Assembly (NCBI GenBank): GCA_963664705.1
Contig: OY761556.1
Span: 5,856,001-5,920,000, forward strand
Reading direction: 5' to 3'
DNA length: 64,000 nucleotides
Origin: Acidobacteriota bacterium
GTDB taxonomy: Bacteria > Acidobacteriota > UBA6911
The notes below the pieces were generated by a model. It was not told where the DNA came from. It made no database searches and worked only from the letters and a program-made list of their open reading frames with translations. Made by a program: the position numbers and the translations under genes. Each line of letters opens with the position of its first letter. The first letter of the stretch is position 1. Of the stretch, positions 1-9,168 are shown piece after piece.

Positions 1-179
1 CTTCCGTGCTCTGTACGGGTACGCCGGAGCAGGTGAAGGCTGATGTGAAGGAATTGATCGACCTCTTCAAAGATACGGGCGGCCTGATCATAGATGCCAC
101 GAATGGAGTGCCTGACGAGGCTCGTCCCGAGAATGTTCAGGCGATGACGGACGCGGTCATGGAATACGGCGCCTACTAA
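1..179 (+). CDS. Uroporphyrinogen decarboxylase/MtaA-CmuA family protein, C-terminal part (runs off window)
   Basis: Frame 3 reads SVLCTGTPEQVKADVKELID...GGLII...VPDEARPENVQAM..AVMEYGAY*, the typical URO-D family C-terminus. Confidence 0.8.
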   Translation, partial: SVLCTGTPEQVKADVKELIDLFKDTGGLIIDATNGVPDEARPENVQAMTDAVMEYGAY

Positions 180-225
180 GAAGATAAGAAATATTTGCCT
201 TATCGGTTTCGACTTATCCTGCGAA

Positions 226-462
226 ATGTTGTTGGCCGCATCGAGGCTGGCGAAGGCATTAGGCTCGTACCAGACTGTGAATCAACTGCTCCGAGAGCGG
301 CGCGCTGTTACACCGGAGATGGCTATTCGACTTGCTCGCTCGTTTGGCAACACGCCTGAGTTCTGGCTCAAAGCTCAGCGAGCAGTCGACCTCCGGGACG
401 CCGAGGGAATTCTCAAGAAAAGCATCCATCATCTAACCGTTATCTTTCCGAAAGCAACGTAA
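226..462 (+). pseudogene. HigA-family antitoxin remnant lacking its N-terminus; no partner toxin
   Basis: LAKALG..QTVNQLLRERRAVTPEMAIRLARSFGNTPEFWL motif present; the PxHPGExL start of HigA is missing. Confidence 0.7.
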
Positions 463-621
463 GAAATACGGTTCCAGGTCCAAGGCTTTCCAGTTTTTCG
501 TCCATCTCTTAGGTGGATCGGCCATGGTTCAGCCATCAACAGGAGCCGGTTTACGACGCCACAATTCCTGTTCGGGAAATGCGGAGATAATAGTAAAGTG
601 AAGATACTTCAAAGGGGGACT

Positions 622-1827
622 ATGTCGCGCTGTGCCATTGTCGGCTTCACTCTGCTGGTCCTGACATTGACAGGATGCGGCTTTTTTCCCCGCCGCGAGG
701 CGGCGGCCGTGCATCCCGAACGCCGGGAGCTTGTAGAGTATGTGGTTGCTAGCGGGCAACTGCGGTCGGTACGCCAGAGCGATATCGGCGCTGAAACCGC
801 GGGCACGGTTGACCGTGTGCTTGCCGATGAAGGAGACCGTGTCCGTGCCGGCCAGATCCTGATCGTGCTGCGCCAGGGCGAGATGGCGCGACAGGTCGAG
901 CAGGCCAGGCTTGCGCTGGAAACAACCCGCCGGCAGCTGGAGCAGGTTCGTCGGGGAGCCCTTCCCGATGAAATCAGTCGCGAGCGTGCGGAATTGGATC
1001 GAAGGCGCAGCGCGCGCGAACTGGAAGAACAGAATCTCGAGCGTGCCAGCAAGTTGTTTGAGAAAAACCTGGTGGCAAAGGCGGATTTGGACCGCGCACG
1101 AAGCTCTCTTGATCAAGCGCGTGCCTCGGAACAGTCCGGCCAGCACAACCTGCAGGTCCTGCTGGCCCAGCCGAGACCCGAGGATCTTGCTGTCGCCGAA
1201 GCCCGTGTCCGGGAATCCGAGGCCATGCTCAGAGTCTATCAGGAACAGCTTCAAAAGAGGATCATCCCTTCCCCCTCGGATGCGTTGATATTGAAACGAA
1301 AGGTCGAGCCGGGACAGAGCGTCATCCCGGGAAACTCCCTCATGGTGCTGTCCATCACTGACAAATCCGAAGTGTATGTGGAAACGGACGAGAATAATCT
1401 CCGCAAACTGCGTGTCGGGCAGAAAGCAATCGTCGTTGCCCCTTCCTTTCCGGACAGGCCTTTTCAGGCTGTCCTGACCCAGATTGAGCCTCAGGTCGAT
1501 TACGCGAGAGGCGTAGTTGGCCTGCGGTTTCGCCCGGAATCTCTGCCCGATTTTGCGCGTGTGGATATGACGCTGGATGTCAGTATTGAAGTAGCCCGGA
1601 TCCGGGACGCGCTAACCCTCCCGGCCACGGCAGTGCTTCAACAGGACGGAAAGGCTTCCGTGCTGAAATTCCGCAATGATAGTCTGGAGGCGACTCCAGT
1701 GCACCTCATCGGAAAAGGCTCCGAACGTGTCGCGGTTTCAGGCCTGGCCGAAGGCGATCTGGTGGCGCTCCGGGCTGTGGAAGTCAAAGCAGGAGATTCG
1801 GTCCGGCCCAAGGAGAACCCGCAATAA
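622..1827 (+). CDS. Efflux periplasmic adaptor subunit (HlyD/MacA-like lipoprotein)
   Basis: Lipobox LTGC, biotinyl-lipoyl-like motif VLADEGDRVRAGQIL, long coiled coil; RBS AGGGGG before ATG 622. Confidence 0.9.
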   Translation: MSRCAIVGFTLLVLTLTGCGFFPRREAAAVHPERRELVEYVVASGQLRSVRQSDIGAETAGTVDRVLADEGDRVRAGQILIVLRQGEMARQVEQARLALETTRRQLEQVRRGALPDEISRERAELDRRRSARELEEQNLERASKLFEKNLVAKADLDRARSSLDQARASEQSGQHNLQVLLAQPRPEDLAVAEARVRESEAMLRVYQEQLQKRIIPSPSDALILKRKVEPGQSVIPGNSLMVLSITDKSEVYVETDENNLRKLRVGQKAIVVAPSFPDRPFQAVLTQIEPQVDYARGVVGLRFRPESLPDFARVDMTLDVSIEVARIRDALTLPATAVLQQDGKASVLKFRNDSLEATPVHLIGKGSERVAVSGLAEGDLVALRAVEVKAGDSVRPKENPQ

Positions 1828-1828
1828 T

Positions 1829-3085
1829 ATGCTCGATTTTTTCACTCTGTCCTTTGCGGAACGCAATCTTCGCTACAATTTTCGTCAAAGTCTTCTCACG
1901 GTCAGCATTGTTACAATCAGCGTGACGCTTATCATTTTTCTTACGGCACTAATTTCGGGTCTGCAGCGACGGCTCGTCTCCGATGTGACGGATGCGGTCG
2001 CCCACATTGTAGTCCGGCCGGCCGAAAGGCTGCCGATTGCAGCATGGAAGCTCGGACCGAGCGATGAGAAAAATTCAATCTCTGTCGGGGAGACTGTCCG
2101 GCTCGAGCAGCGCAAGAGAAAGATCGAAGACTGGCAGATCTGGGCTCCAAAGCTTGAAAATTTCGATCCCAGGGTGCTTGCAGTTTCTCCGGTGGCGGAA
2201 GGACAGGGAATTCTTTCGCGAGGCGAGAAGCGCCAGGGAGTGCTGATTTCCGGAGGCATTCCCGAAAAATATAATCGTGTAGTAGAGCTTCAGTCCAAGC
2301 TGGTGAAGGGGAGATTTTTCGGGCTCAACGCAGGGGAACTTGTACTCGGGTGGAAACTGGCCGAGGACTTTGCGGTCCAGATCGGCGACCGAGTCCGGCT
2401 GGTCAGTTCCGACGACAATTCCGGTTCCTACGTGGTTGCCGGAATTTTCGACTCGGGATTCTCCGGGCTGGACGGCAACACGGTTATCCTTGCGCTGCGC
2501 GACGCACAGTCGCTTTTCGGTCTGGGAAATGCCGTGACCAGCATCGGCCTGAAGATCGGGAATGTTTTTCAGGCAGAGGACATCGCATCTAAAATTGCTC
2601 TGCAGGTGCCATACGAAGCGCGTCCGTGGACGCTGGATAATAAATCTCTGCTGTCCGGCCTAAACGCTCAAAGCCAATCGTCTTACCTGATTATCGCCTT
2701 CACTGTGGTGGCATCCGGTATGGCGGTTGCCGCCATTCTGGTCATGATGGTAATAGGAAAAATGCGCGAGCTGGGAATATTAAAGGCTATGGGTGCTACC
2801 CGCAGGCAGATCCTGGGCGTATTCGCGATTCAGGGTACACTCCTGGCCTTGACCGGTGGAGTGTTTGGATCGGTAATTGGCACAGGCTTCTGCCTTTTCC
2901 TGGGAAAATTTACGAATACGGCTAGCGCCACCGGAAGACAGGTGCAGCTTTTCCCGATGGAGCTGAGCGCCGGTACGGTTCTGGGGGCGATTGGGCTGGC
3001 CGCTGTGACCGGTCTTGCAGCATCTCTCCTGCCGGCATGGCGCGCGGCACGGATCAATCCGATCGAAGTGATACGGCCATCATGA
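1829..3085 (+). CDS. ABC transporter permease (FtsX/LolC-E/MacB type)
   Basis: RELGILKAMGA motif, C-terminal PAWRAARINPIEVIR; starts 1 nt after the adaptor stop. Confidence 0.9.
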   Translation: MLDFFTLSFAERNLRYNFRQSLLTVSIVTISVTLIIFLTALISGLQRRLVSDVTDAVAHIVVRPAERLPIAAWKLGPSDEKNSISVGETVRLEQRKRKIEDWQIWAPKLENFDPRVLAVSPVAEGQGILSRGEKRQGVLISGGIPEKYNRVVELQSKLVKGRFFGLNAGELVLGWKLAEDFAVQIGDRVRLVSSDDNSGSYVVAGIFDSGFSGLDGNTVILALRDAQSLFGLGNAVTSIGLKIGNVFQAEDIASKIALQVPYEARPWTLDNKSLLSGLNAQSQSSYLIIAFTVVASGMAVAAILVMMVIGKMRELGILKAMGATRRQILGVFAIQGTLLALTGGVFGSVIGTGFCLFLGKFTNTASATGRQVQLFPMELSAGTVLGAIGLAAVTGLAASLLPAWRAARINPIEVIRPS

Positions 3086-3759
3086 TGGAATCTTCCCCGA
3101 TCGAGCTTCATGGTATTTACAAAACCTATTATGGAGAAGTTCCCACTCCGGTCTTGTTCGATATCAATCTGCAGGTGCGCGCGGGCGAGTTCGTGGCCAT
3201 CGTCGGCGCTTCCGGTTCGGGGAAAACGACACTGCTGAACATCATCGGGCTGCTTGATTCTCCAACTTCCGGGGAAATCCGGCTGGGTGGCCGTGACGTG
3301 TCGAAGATGACGGAAACCGAGCGATCGCTGCTTCGCCGCGATTACCTTGGATTCATTTTCCAGTTTCATTATCTTCTGCTTGAATTCAATGTGCTCGAAA
3401 ATGCGTTGATGCCATGCAGGCTGCGCGGGAGAAGCTACAGGGACTTGCGCAGATCCTATATGTCGGATCTGCTGACGCGCGTTGGTCTGGGCCAACGTCT
3501 GAAATACCGGCCTTCGCAGCTTTCAGGCGGCCAGCAGCAAAGAGTTGCCATTGTGCGGGCCATGGCCAATGATCCCGTTATCATACTGGCCGATGAGCCC
3601 ACGGGAAACCTGGACAGCAAAAATGGCAGCGAAGTTTTTTCTCTCATGCGCGAGCTGAATCGGCTGACCGGAAAGGCCTTCCTGGTGGTTACGCACGATG
3701 AGCATTTTGCAGGCGAAGCTGACCGGATTGTACGCCTCCGAGACGGGCGAATAGAATAG
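3082..3759 (+). CDS. ABC transporter ATP-binding protein (LolD/MacB-like)
   Basis: Walker A GASGSGKT, signature LSGGQQQR, ILADEPTGNLD, VTHD. Confidence 0.95.
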   Translation: MMESSPIELHGIYKTYYGEVPTPVLFDINLQVRAGEFVAIVGASGSGKTTLLNIIGLLDSPTSGEIRLGGRDVSKMTETERSLLRRDYLGFIFQFHYLLLEFNVLENALMPCRLRGRSYRDLRRSYMSDLLTRVGLGQRLKYRPSQLSGGQQQRVAIVRAMANDPVIILADEPTGNLDSKNGSEVFSLMRELNRLTGKAFLVVTHDEHFAGEADRIVRLRDGRIE

Positions 3760-3884
3760 TGACAATGGATGCAGATTCCCTGGGTTTGAGTCCCAAGGAG
3801 AAGAAATGAATCAAAGAATCTGCGGACAAGAGCCGTATAAAAAAGATGGCCACTCCTCTCGGGTTTCAGGTGCCGGCATCCGCA

Positions 3885-4667
3885 TCACTTGCGCTGCCAC
3901 TGCTCCTCGCCAGGCAGGCAGTACCGAGTCAGAGCGGCTGACCAGGGACGTCCACCAATTGCCAGGGCCTGTTTCTCCTTCAGGCTCAACATAAGCCGCT
4001 CTAATTTCTTTCGGTTTTTCCCATCGACGTACAGCAGATAAGTCTCGTATCCGATGAAGGTCCTCGTGGAGGCATCGGTCAGGTCAGGCCATCCTTTGGG
4101 CCAGGGCAGTGGTTTCCCATCGGATTCTACGGATGGGAAGATCCGAACCTCTACACGGAGCGGCTCCCAAACCTTGGAGCCCGTGGGTGCAAACGACACC
4201 ATACGATCGAATAGCTCGACAAATGTTTTTGGAGCTCTCGCCCGATCCTTGTTCTCACGCATCGGGCCGCTCACGGCTATTCTCCGTATGTCTCCATCAT
4301 GTCGGTATTTGATGACGCTAATCGGTTGCTCTAACCTCATATTGAGAGAATAGGATTCACTAAGATCCCAAAACCCGCTTTGTTCGATCAAGCCGATCCA
4401 CTCCTCAATTTCTACTCTCGTCAGCCGGCTTGAGCGCACCTCTGTTGAGTTCCGTGCCGTCCGGAAGAGCACAAGCCCGTCGTCGTATAATACAAAGGTC
4501 GGCAGGATGATGTTCTCCTGCCAGAATCTACTTTGAGGAAGCTCTCGCTGGGGACTCGCCTCCTGCAAGACCAGCAGTGGCGTACCGGCAAGAAGCCCCA
4601 GGGGCATCAGCCACAGCATGGTTCCAACGACGGCCATCGATGCGACTCTCTTTTTGGGCGTATGCAT
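3885..4667 (-). CDS. Hypothetical exported protein
   Basis: 260-aa ORF with N-terminal hydrophobic signal. Confidence 0.65.
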   Translation of the reverse strand: MHTPKKRVASMAVVGTMLWLMPLGLLAGTPLLVLQEASPQRELPQSRFWQENIILPTFVLYDDGLVLFRTARNSTEVRSSRLTRVEIEEWIGLIEQSGFWDLSESYSLNMRLEQPISVIKYRHDGDIRRIAVSGPMRENKDRARAPKTFVELFDRMVSFAPTGSKVWEPLRVEVRIFPSVESDGKPLPWPKGWPDLTDASTRTFIGYETYLLYVDGKNRKKLERLMLSLKEKQALAIGGRPWSAALTRYCLPGEEQWQRK

Positions 4668-4781
4668 ACCAACTTCTCCGATCAGTGCGTTTTACGTCCA
4701 ACTGGCAGGTAGCCGATCAGCCTACAAAAGGCTGCAAATGTGCAGCGGGAATAAAAAAAGGAAATACCGGACATCGCATCA

Positions 4782-5333
4782 TTATGAGGCGACGCCCTGT
4801 TTGTTTTGCGCAGGCTCAATGCTGCCCTTTTTTCTGATAGGCCGCCATAGCTCCATTTCAGCGTTGGTAGAGATGTTCGGGTAAACTTCGTATTCACCTA
4901 TCGCGGCCTCCCAGTCTTGTGATTCTTTTATCCATTGCTCCAAACGCGTGTATGCGATGCCGATTGTTGCTCCTGCATCAGGAGAGGTGACCTTGATGCA
5001 GGCATAATCCCCTGCTGGTATTGAATAGCATTTCGTTGATTCAGGCATCCTGCTTTCGTCAGCCGGTCCATATATCTGAACACCTGTGATATAGGTAAAT
5101 TCGATGATATTGTCGTAATAAATATGTCCAATACATAATCCGAAACGTATGACGGGTTCTTTTTTGTTTCCTATTTTTGATGAGATATCTTCCGCGTTGA
5201 ATTTGGCGATTAACGCATTGATAGCCGGGAAGCATTCGGGGGTGCCATGCTTGACTCTCACCTCCCGGCCTGCGATATAAACAGGCATGTCCAGCTTCAT
5301 TCGCTCGATATCATAAACCGTTTTGTTATCCAA
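4782..5333 (-). CDS. GyrI-like small-molecule-binding domain protein
   Basis: FTYITGVQ, YSIPAGDYAC, AYTRLEQWI, EYEVY, ELWRPI pattern. Confidence 0.75.
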   Translation of the reverse strand: MDNKTVYDIERMKLDMPVYIAGREVRVKHGTPECFPAINALIAKFNAEDISSKIGNKKEPVIRFGLCIGHIYYDNIIEFTYITGVQIYGPADESRMPESTKCYSIPAGDYACIKVTSPDAGATIGIAYTRLEQWIKESQDWEAAIGEYEVYPNISTNAEMELWRPIRKKGSIEPAQNKQGVAS

Positions 5334-5588
5334 TATTCAGTCTCCCTGCGAATTTCGTTATATTCACGTCCTGAGAATTCATAAGCTAACATATAGCTCA
5401 CTTTTTGGCATTCGGATGAGTTGCGCCAGGCACAGGACCTGTATCCGCGCTTCAAATACATGCCGAAGGCCGGAAGGGAAGAGTCTAGTTTTACGATCCG
5501 ATAGGTTCGGAAAACTGGACGCTCCAACTGCTGCATAATTACCGAACCATAGCCTTTGCCCTGGTAGGTAGTATAATAGAGATGCTAA

Positions 5589-5626
5589 CCGCATATTCTG
5601 AGAACGCCCGCATATTCTGAGAACGC
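5589..5626 (+). repeat. Perfect 19-bp tandem duplication
   Basis: CCGCATATTCTGAGAACGC x2 at 5589-5607 and 5608-5626. Confidence 0.95.
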
Positions 5627-5653
5627 GTCCCCATTATCAAAAAGGAGGACGTT

Positions 5654-6367
5654 ATGAAACAATTTCAAAGCCTATTGATACGTATTGTCCATTCCGTTTT
5701 TCTGGCCGGGATTACTTTGCCGCTTTTCCTCGTTTCTTTTTTACTTCAAACAGGTTTTGCGGAATCAAAACCCGCTGCGGTCAATGATTCTCCGAAGGAA
5801 ATGAGTTCTTCCGCAGTACTTCCTGAACCTGTGTCAACAAACGGGCCCTGCAAAAAGGCGCCAGCGCATTGCAGCTCGCTTTGCGAAGAAAATCTCTTGG
5901 CTCAAGCTCAAGCCGCAGAGCTTGACAAATCCTCCCAAAAAGCTCGTAAAGAAGCAGATAAAGCTGCAAAAAAAGCAGCATCTATGGAAAAAAAGGTAAA
6001 CAAGAACCTCGGGAAAAAGGATTCATCAACAAATGCGAGCAACTCTGGAGTTGCAAATCCTGAGGACAAACCCATCTGGAAAGTGGCCGGAGCGATTCCG
6101 CGACTGTTTGTCTCTCACGAAGCCAGAACTCGCGCGAATGAGCAGGAAAAACAAGCCAGAAAATCTGGTGTGAATTCGAGTCCCGGGCATGTAAGTCAAG
6201 AGCCCTGGGCATTGCTGCTGATGGCGGCTAAAACGGCGGAGGATACACAAAAGGTTGCGGCTGATGCCAAGACCTGGGCTGACCAGGCACGCGCCTATGC
6301 CGACAACTTGCGGCAATCCTATAAACGCTGCTTGAGTGAAGGGGAGTCCCAATCCAACTCTCGATGA
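5654..6367 (+). CDS. Hypothetical exported Ala/Lys-rich coiled-coil protein
   Basis: Strong RBS AAGGAGG, signal-like N-terminus. Confidence 0.7.
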   Translation: MKQFQSLLIRIVHSVFLAGITLPLFLVSFLLQTGFAESKPAAVNDSPKEMSSSAVLPEPVSTNGPCKKAPAHCSSLCEENLLAQAQAAELDKSSQKARKEADKAAKKAASMEKKVNKNLGKKDSSTNASNSGVANPEDKPIWKVAGAIPRLFVSHEARTRANEQEKQARKSGVNSSPGHVSQEPWALLLMAAKTAEDTQKVAADAKTWADQARAYADNLRQSYKRCLSEGESQSNSR

Positions 6368-6390
6368 TGAAAAGGGCGACATCCCCATTT

Positions 6391-7233
6391 TCACCTGGAG
6401 GCGGCAAGTGTAGAAGGAAATATCCAAAACAGGATACCGACACGACCTTCCTGTTCTGCTTCGTCAGTGAAAACTTTAATATTGAAGCCCGTGATCTTTT
6501 TAAGTCGGTCAGCCTCATGCTTGAGGTCCTCAGGCATGAAGAGAAGATTAGGTCTTATAGAGCCTTTGGCGAGTTCTGTTTTCAGCCATTCCTGCTGGGT
6601 TTGATCGCCTCCTACGAAGGCCACATACGAAATAAAATGATAATACCCCGGGTCAATGGTGACAGATAGAGACATCGTTCTTTGCTGTTCATCAAAAACT
6701 TGCTCTGGAAGGCACGACACCTGAAGGTACCCACTGTTCTCATATATCTGCTTGACCTTATCGAGACCCGACTTAATTTTGTTAAGATTCACAATGTCTC
6801 CTGGGCGAATGTCGAACGCATTTGCCAGATTTACCGCCCTGAATGGTCCATCGGGAAGAACTTTTATATTCAGACTATTACCTTTAAAAGCGAGAGATCC
6901 AAGACGATATTGCGGCCCCTCTGATACGGCTATGTGCAGGTCAACAACTTGTGCGGTACGGGGGATCTCTTTGAATGTGACAATGCAATGAAGGAACCCG
7001 TGTTCTTTCAGAAACCCCTTTAGGTTCACCTCAATATCCCACTCAATTATCGCTGTGGTAAGGCTCATACCCTCCCGAACCCTTTTTAATTGTGCTTTTA
7101 GAATTTGCGAATCAAAGACTTTATTCCCAATAATCTCTATCGAGTTTACTCTGCTTGCCGTTAGGTCCTGAGCGAGTGAGGGGTGCCCAAACGTAAGCGC
7201 AAACAGGACTGTTGCTTTTAGTAAGTTCCGCAT
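6391..7233 (-). CDS. Stand-alone POTRA-domain protein (BamA-like POTRA repeats, no barrel)
   Basis: Signal peptide; RVNSIEIIGNKVF, YLKEHGF-like, VSEGPQYRLGSLAFKGN, YENSGYL; RBS GGAGG before ATG 7233. Confidence 0.75.
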   Translation of the reverse strand: MRNLLKATVLFALTFGHPSLAQDLTASRVNSIEIIGNKVFDSQILKAQLKRVREGMSLTTAIIEWDIEVNLKGFLKEHGFLHCIVTFKEIPRTAQVVDLHIAVSEGPQYRLGSLAFKGNSLNIKVLPDGPFRAVNLANAFDIRPGDIVNLNKIKSGLDKVKQIYENSGYLQVSCLPEQVFDEQQRTMSLSVTIDPGYYHFISYVAFVGGDQTQQEWLKTELAKGSIRPNLLFMPEDLKHEADRLKKITGFNIKVFTDEAEQEGRVGILFWIFPSTLAASR

Positions 7234-7465
7234 AATCCGCCTCCAAATGGGGGTTAATTTGATATTAATACGACAGACCGAGCGTACTAGATGCAAGAAA
7301 GTTCGATCCTGGAAATGCAGATAGACGGTAGAATTCACGATTGATGGAGGGAATTGCCACGAAAACAAACGCTAGTAACAAAAAGTTTAGGCAGCGTCAA
7401 TATTCACTCTCATCTTAGACCTGCTTCATCAATAAGTTCCTGGAGTGAAAGGCGCACGAATTGCT

Positions 7466-7520
7466 CCGGTGTAATTGTCCTTCAAATGGCCTTGGGGGAA
7501 GTACGCGCTCCAGTTAAATC
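7466..7520 (-). repeat. Cassette-boundary repeat, divergent reverse-strand copy
   Basis: Reverse complement GATTTAACTGGAGCGCGTACTTCCCCCAAGGCCATTTGAAGGACAATTAC aligns with the 27200 and 44594 copies. Confidence 0.45.
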
Positions 7521-7548
7521 TATGCTCGACGCCGGCTGGGGTCTATGA

Positions 7549-9099
7549 CTAACCCTTAGGCAGGAGCGCCGGAGTTCCTAAAGCAATTTCCAACAGTTTC
7601 GGCATATTCAGGTGCATCCTGAAATGCTCGGCCAGAAGGTTGTACTGACGCTCTTTGAAAGACGCCTCATCTTCCTGATAGCGGATATCCTGTTCCAGCC
7701 GCAGTTCCGGCTTCAGCGCATTAAGAAATGTCAGCCGGAAATCGGAAAGATCGAAGAGGCCGTGAAAGTAAGAACCCCAGATTGAGCCGTCAATGGAAAA
7801 AGCGCCATCCACATCATGGACAGCCTGGCCGTTCCTGCCGGTCACGCGGAGGACAGGCCGCGAATTATCCATTCCTTCGGTCGTGCCCATATGAATTTCA
7901 TAGCCTTCCACCTTTTTGTTATAGGCTGTCCAGACACCTGTCGAGCGCGAGAGCATCTTTTCCCGCGAGAGCGTTGTCTGTACATTCAGGAAACCAAGCC
8001 CAGGCGTCTCGCCGGGCGCACCTTCCATCCCGTAAGGATCGCGTATCAGGCGACCCAGCATCTGATATCCTCCGCAAATCCCGCCGATTTTACCTTTCCC
8101 AGCGGCGTACGCCTCAATGTGTGCGGTCCAACCGACATTGCGCAGCCATTCAAGATCACTTCGGACGTTCTTGGATCCCGGCAGAAATACGATATCGTAC
8201 CCTTCAAGAGAACGAGGGCGTGCCAGATAATGCAGGGCGACAACATGCTCGCGAGCCAGGGGAGCGAAATCGGTAAAATTAGAAATGTGTGGGGAACGTA
8301 TTACGGCAACATTAATTTTGTCAGGCGAAGGCTTGGATTGAGGATCGATAACAACGTCCAGCGGCATCCCGTCTTCTGAGTCGATTTCGATGTGCCGATA
8401 ATAAGGAATCAATCCCAATACGGGCAGTCCCGTTCGCTTCTCCAGGTATTCGATCCCATCCGCAAAAAGGCGCGCATCGCCACGGAAGCGATTGATCAGA
8501 ATCCCCCGGATGCGTTTTCGATCCTCCGGCGGAATTACCTCCATGGTTCCGACAACCTGGGCGAATACACCGCCTCGATCGATATCCGCGGCCAGAATTA
8601 CGGGAGCATCTGCTGCATGTGCCATCCTGAAATTGACAAAATCGCGATCCCGCAGATTCACCTCCGCGCAAGATCCGGCTCCTTCCATGACAATGAGATC
8701 ATAGTCCGTGCGCAACCGCTCCAGGCTGATCATCGCCTGCTGGAATAAGTAGGAGGTGTCTGAAAAATATGTCGAGGCTTCGCTATTTCCTATCGCCTTT
8801 CCGTGCAGGACCACCTGGGCGCCGGTATCCGTACATGGCTTTAGAAGCACCGGGTTCATATCCACATGGACCGGGATGCGCGCCGCCTCGGCCTGGACCA
8901 CCTGGGCCCTCCCCACTTCTCCGCCCAGCATCGTGACGTAGGAATTGTTGGACATATTTTGGGCTTTGAAAGGCGCGACCCGCATCCCCAGATTGCTGAA
9001 GATCCGGCAGAGCGCGGCGACAATAACGCTCTTGCCCACATCGGATCCCGTTCCCAGAATGGCCAGGCATTTAGCCGCAGGCCCAGGCGTTGATGCCAT
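7549..9099 (-). CDS. cobQ: Cobyric acid synthase
   Basis: GTGSDVGKS, PFKAQNMSNNS, EGAGSCAEVNL, DIDRGGVFA, ISNFTDF, GICGGYQMLG, GYEIHMG, YFHGLFD. Confidence 0.97.
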   Translation of the reverse strand: MASTPGPAAKCLAILGTGSDVGKSVIVAALCRIFSNLGMRVAPFKAQNMSNNSYVTMLGGEVGRAQVVQAEAARIPVHVDMNPVLLKPCTDTGAQVVLHGKAIGNSEASTYFSDTSYLFQQAMISLERLRTDYDLIVMEGAGSCAEVNLRDRDFVNFRMAHAADAPVILAADIDRGGVFAQVVGTMEVIPPEDRKRIRGILINRFRGDARLFADGIEYLEKRTGLPVLGLIPYYRHIEIDSEDGMPLDVVIDPQSKPSPDKINVAVIRSPHISNFTDFAPLAREHVVALHYLARPRSLEGYDIVFLPGSKNVRSDLEWLRNVGWTAHIEAYAAGKGKIGGICGGYQMLGRLIRDPYGMEGAPGETPGLGFLNVQTTLSREKMLSRSTGVWTAYNKKVEGYEIHMGTTEGMDNSRPVLRVTGRNGQAVHDVDGAFSIDGSIWGSYFHGLFDLSDFRLTFLNALKPELRLEQDIRYQEDEASFKERQYNLLAEHFRMHLNMPKLLEIALGTPALLPKG

Positions 9100-9126
9100 A
9101 AGTAAACCTCTCGATGGATATGTGAG

Positions 9127-9159
9127 AAGGCGGTCCGGCGCAGCCGCCGGACCGCTTTT
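9127..9159. terminator. GC-rich hairpin between btuB and cobQ (terminator or mRNA stabiliser)
   Basis: GCGGTCCGGCG-CAGC-CGCCGGACCGC, perfect 11-bp stem; the T-tract is on the + strand. Confidence 0.55.
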
Positions 9160-9168
9160 GTCCTCATA

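Noticed and set aside
560-600. Weak main-repeat matches at ~575 (-), ~37320 (-), ~58545, ~60990 and ~61790
   Set aside because: Only 8-12 nt partial matches, not distinguishable from chance by eye.
5506-5520. TTCGGAAAACTGGAC, and the similar string at 28567, resembling the IS left IR
   Set aside because: Short match that lacks the IS terminus; not callable as an IS fragment.
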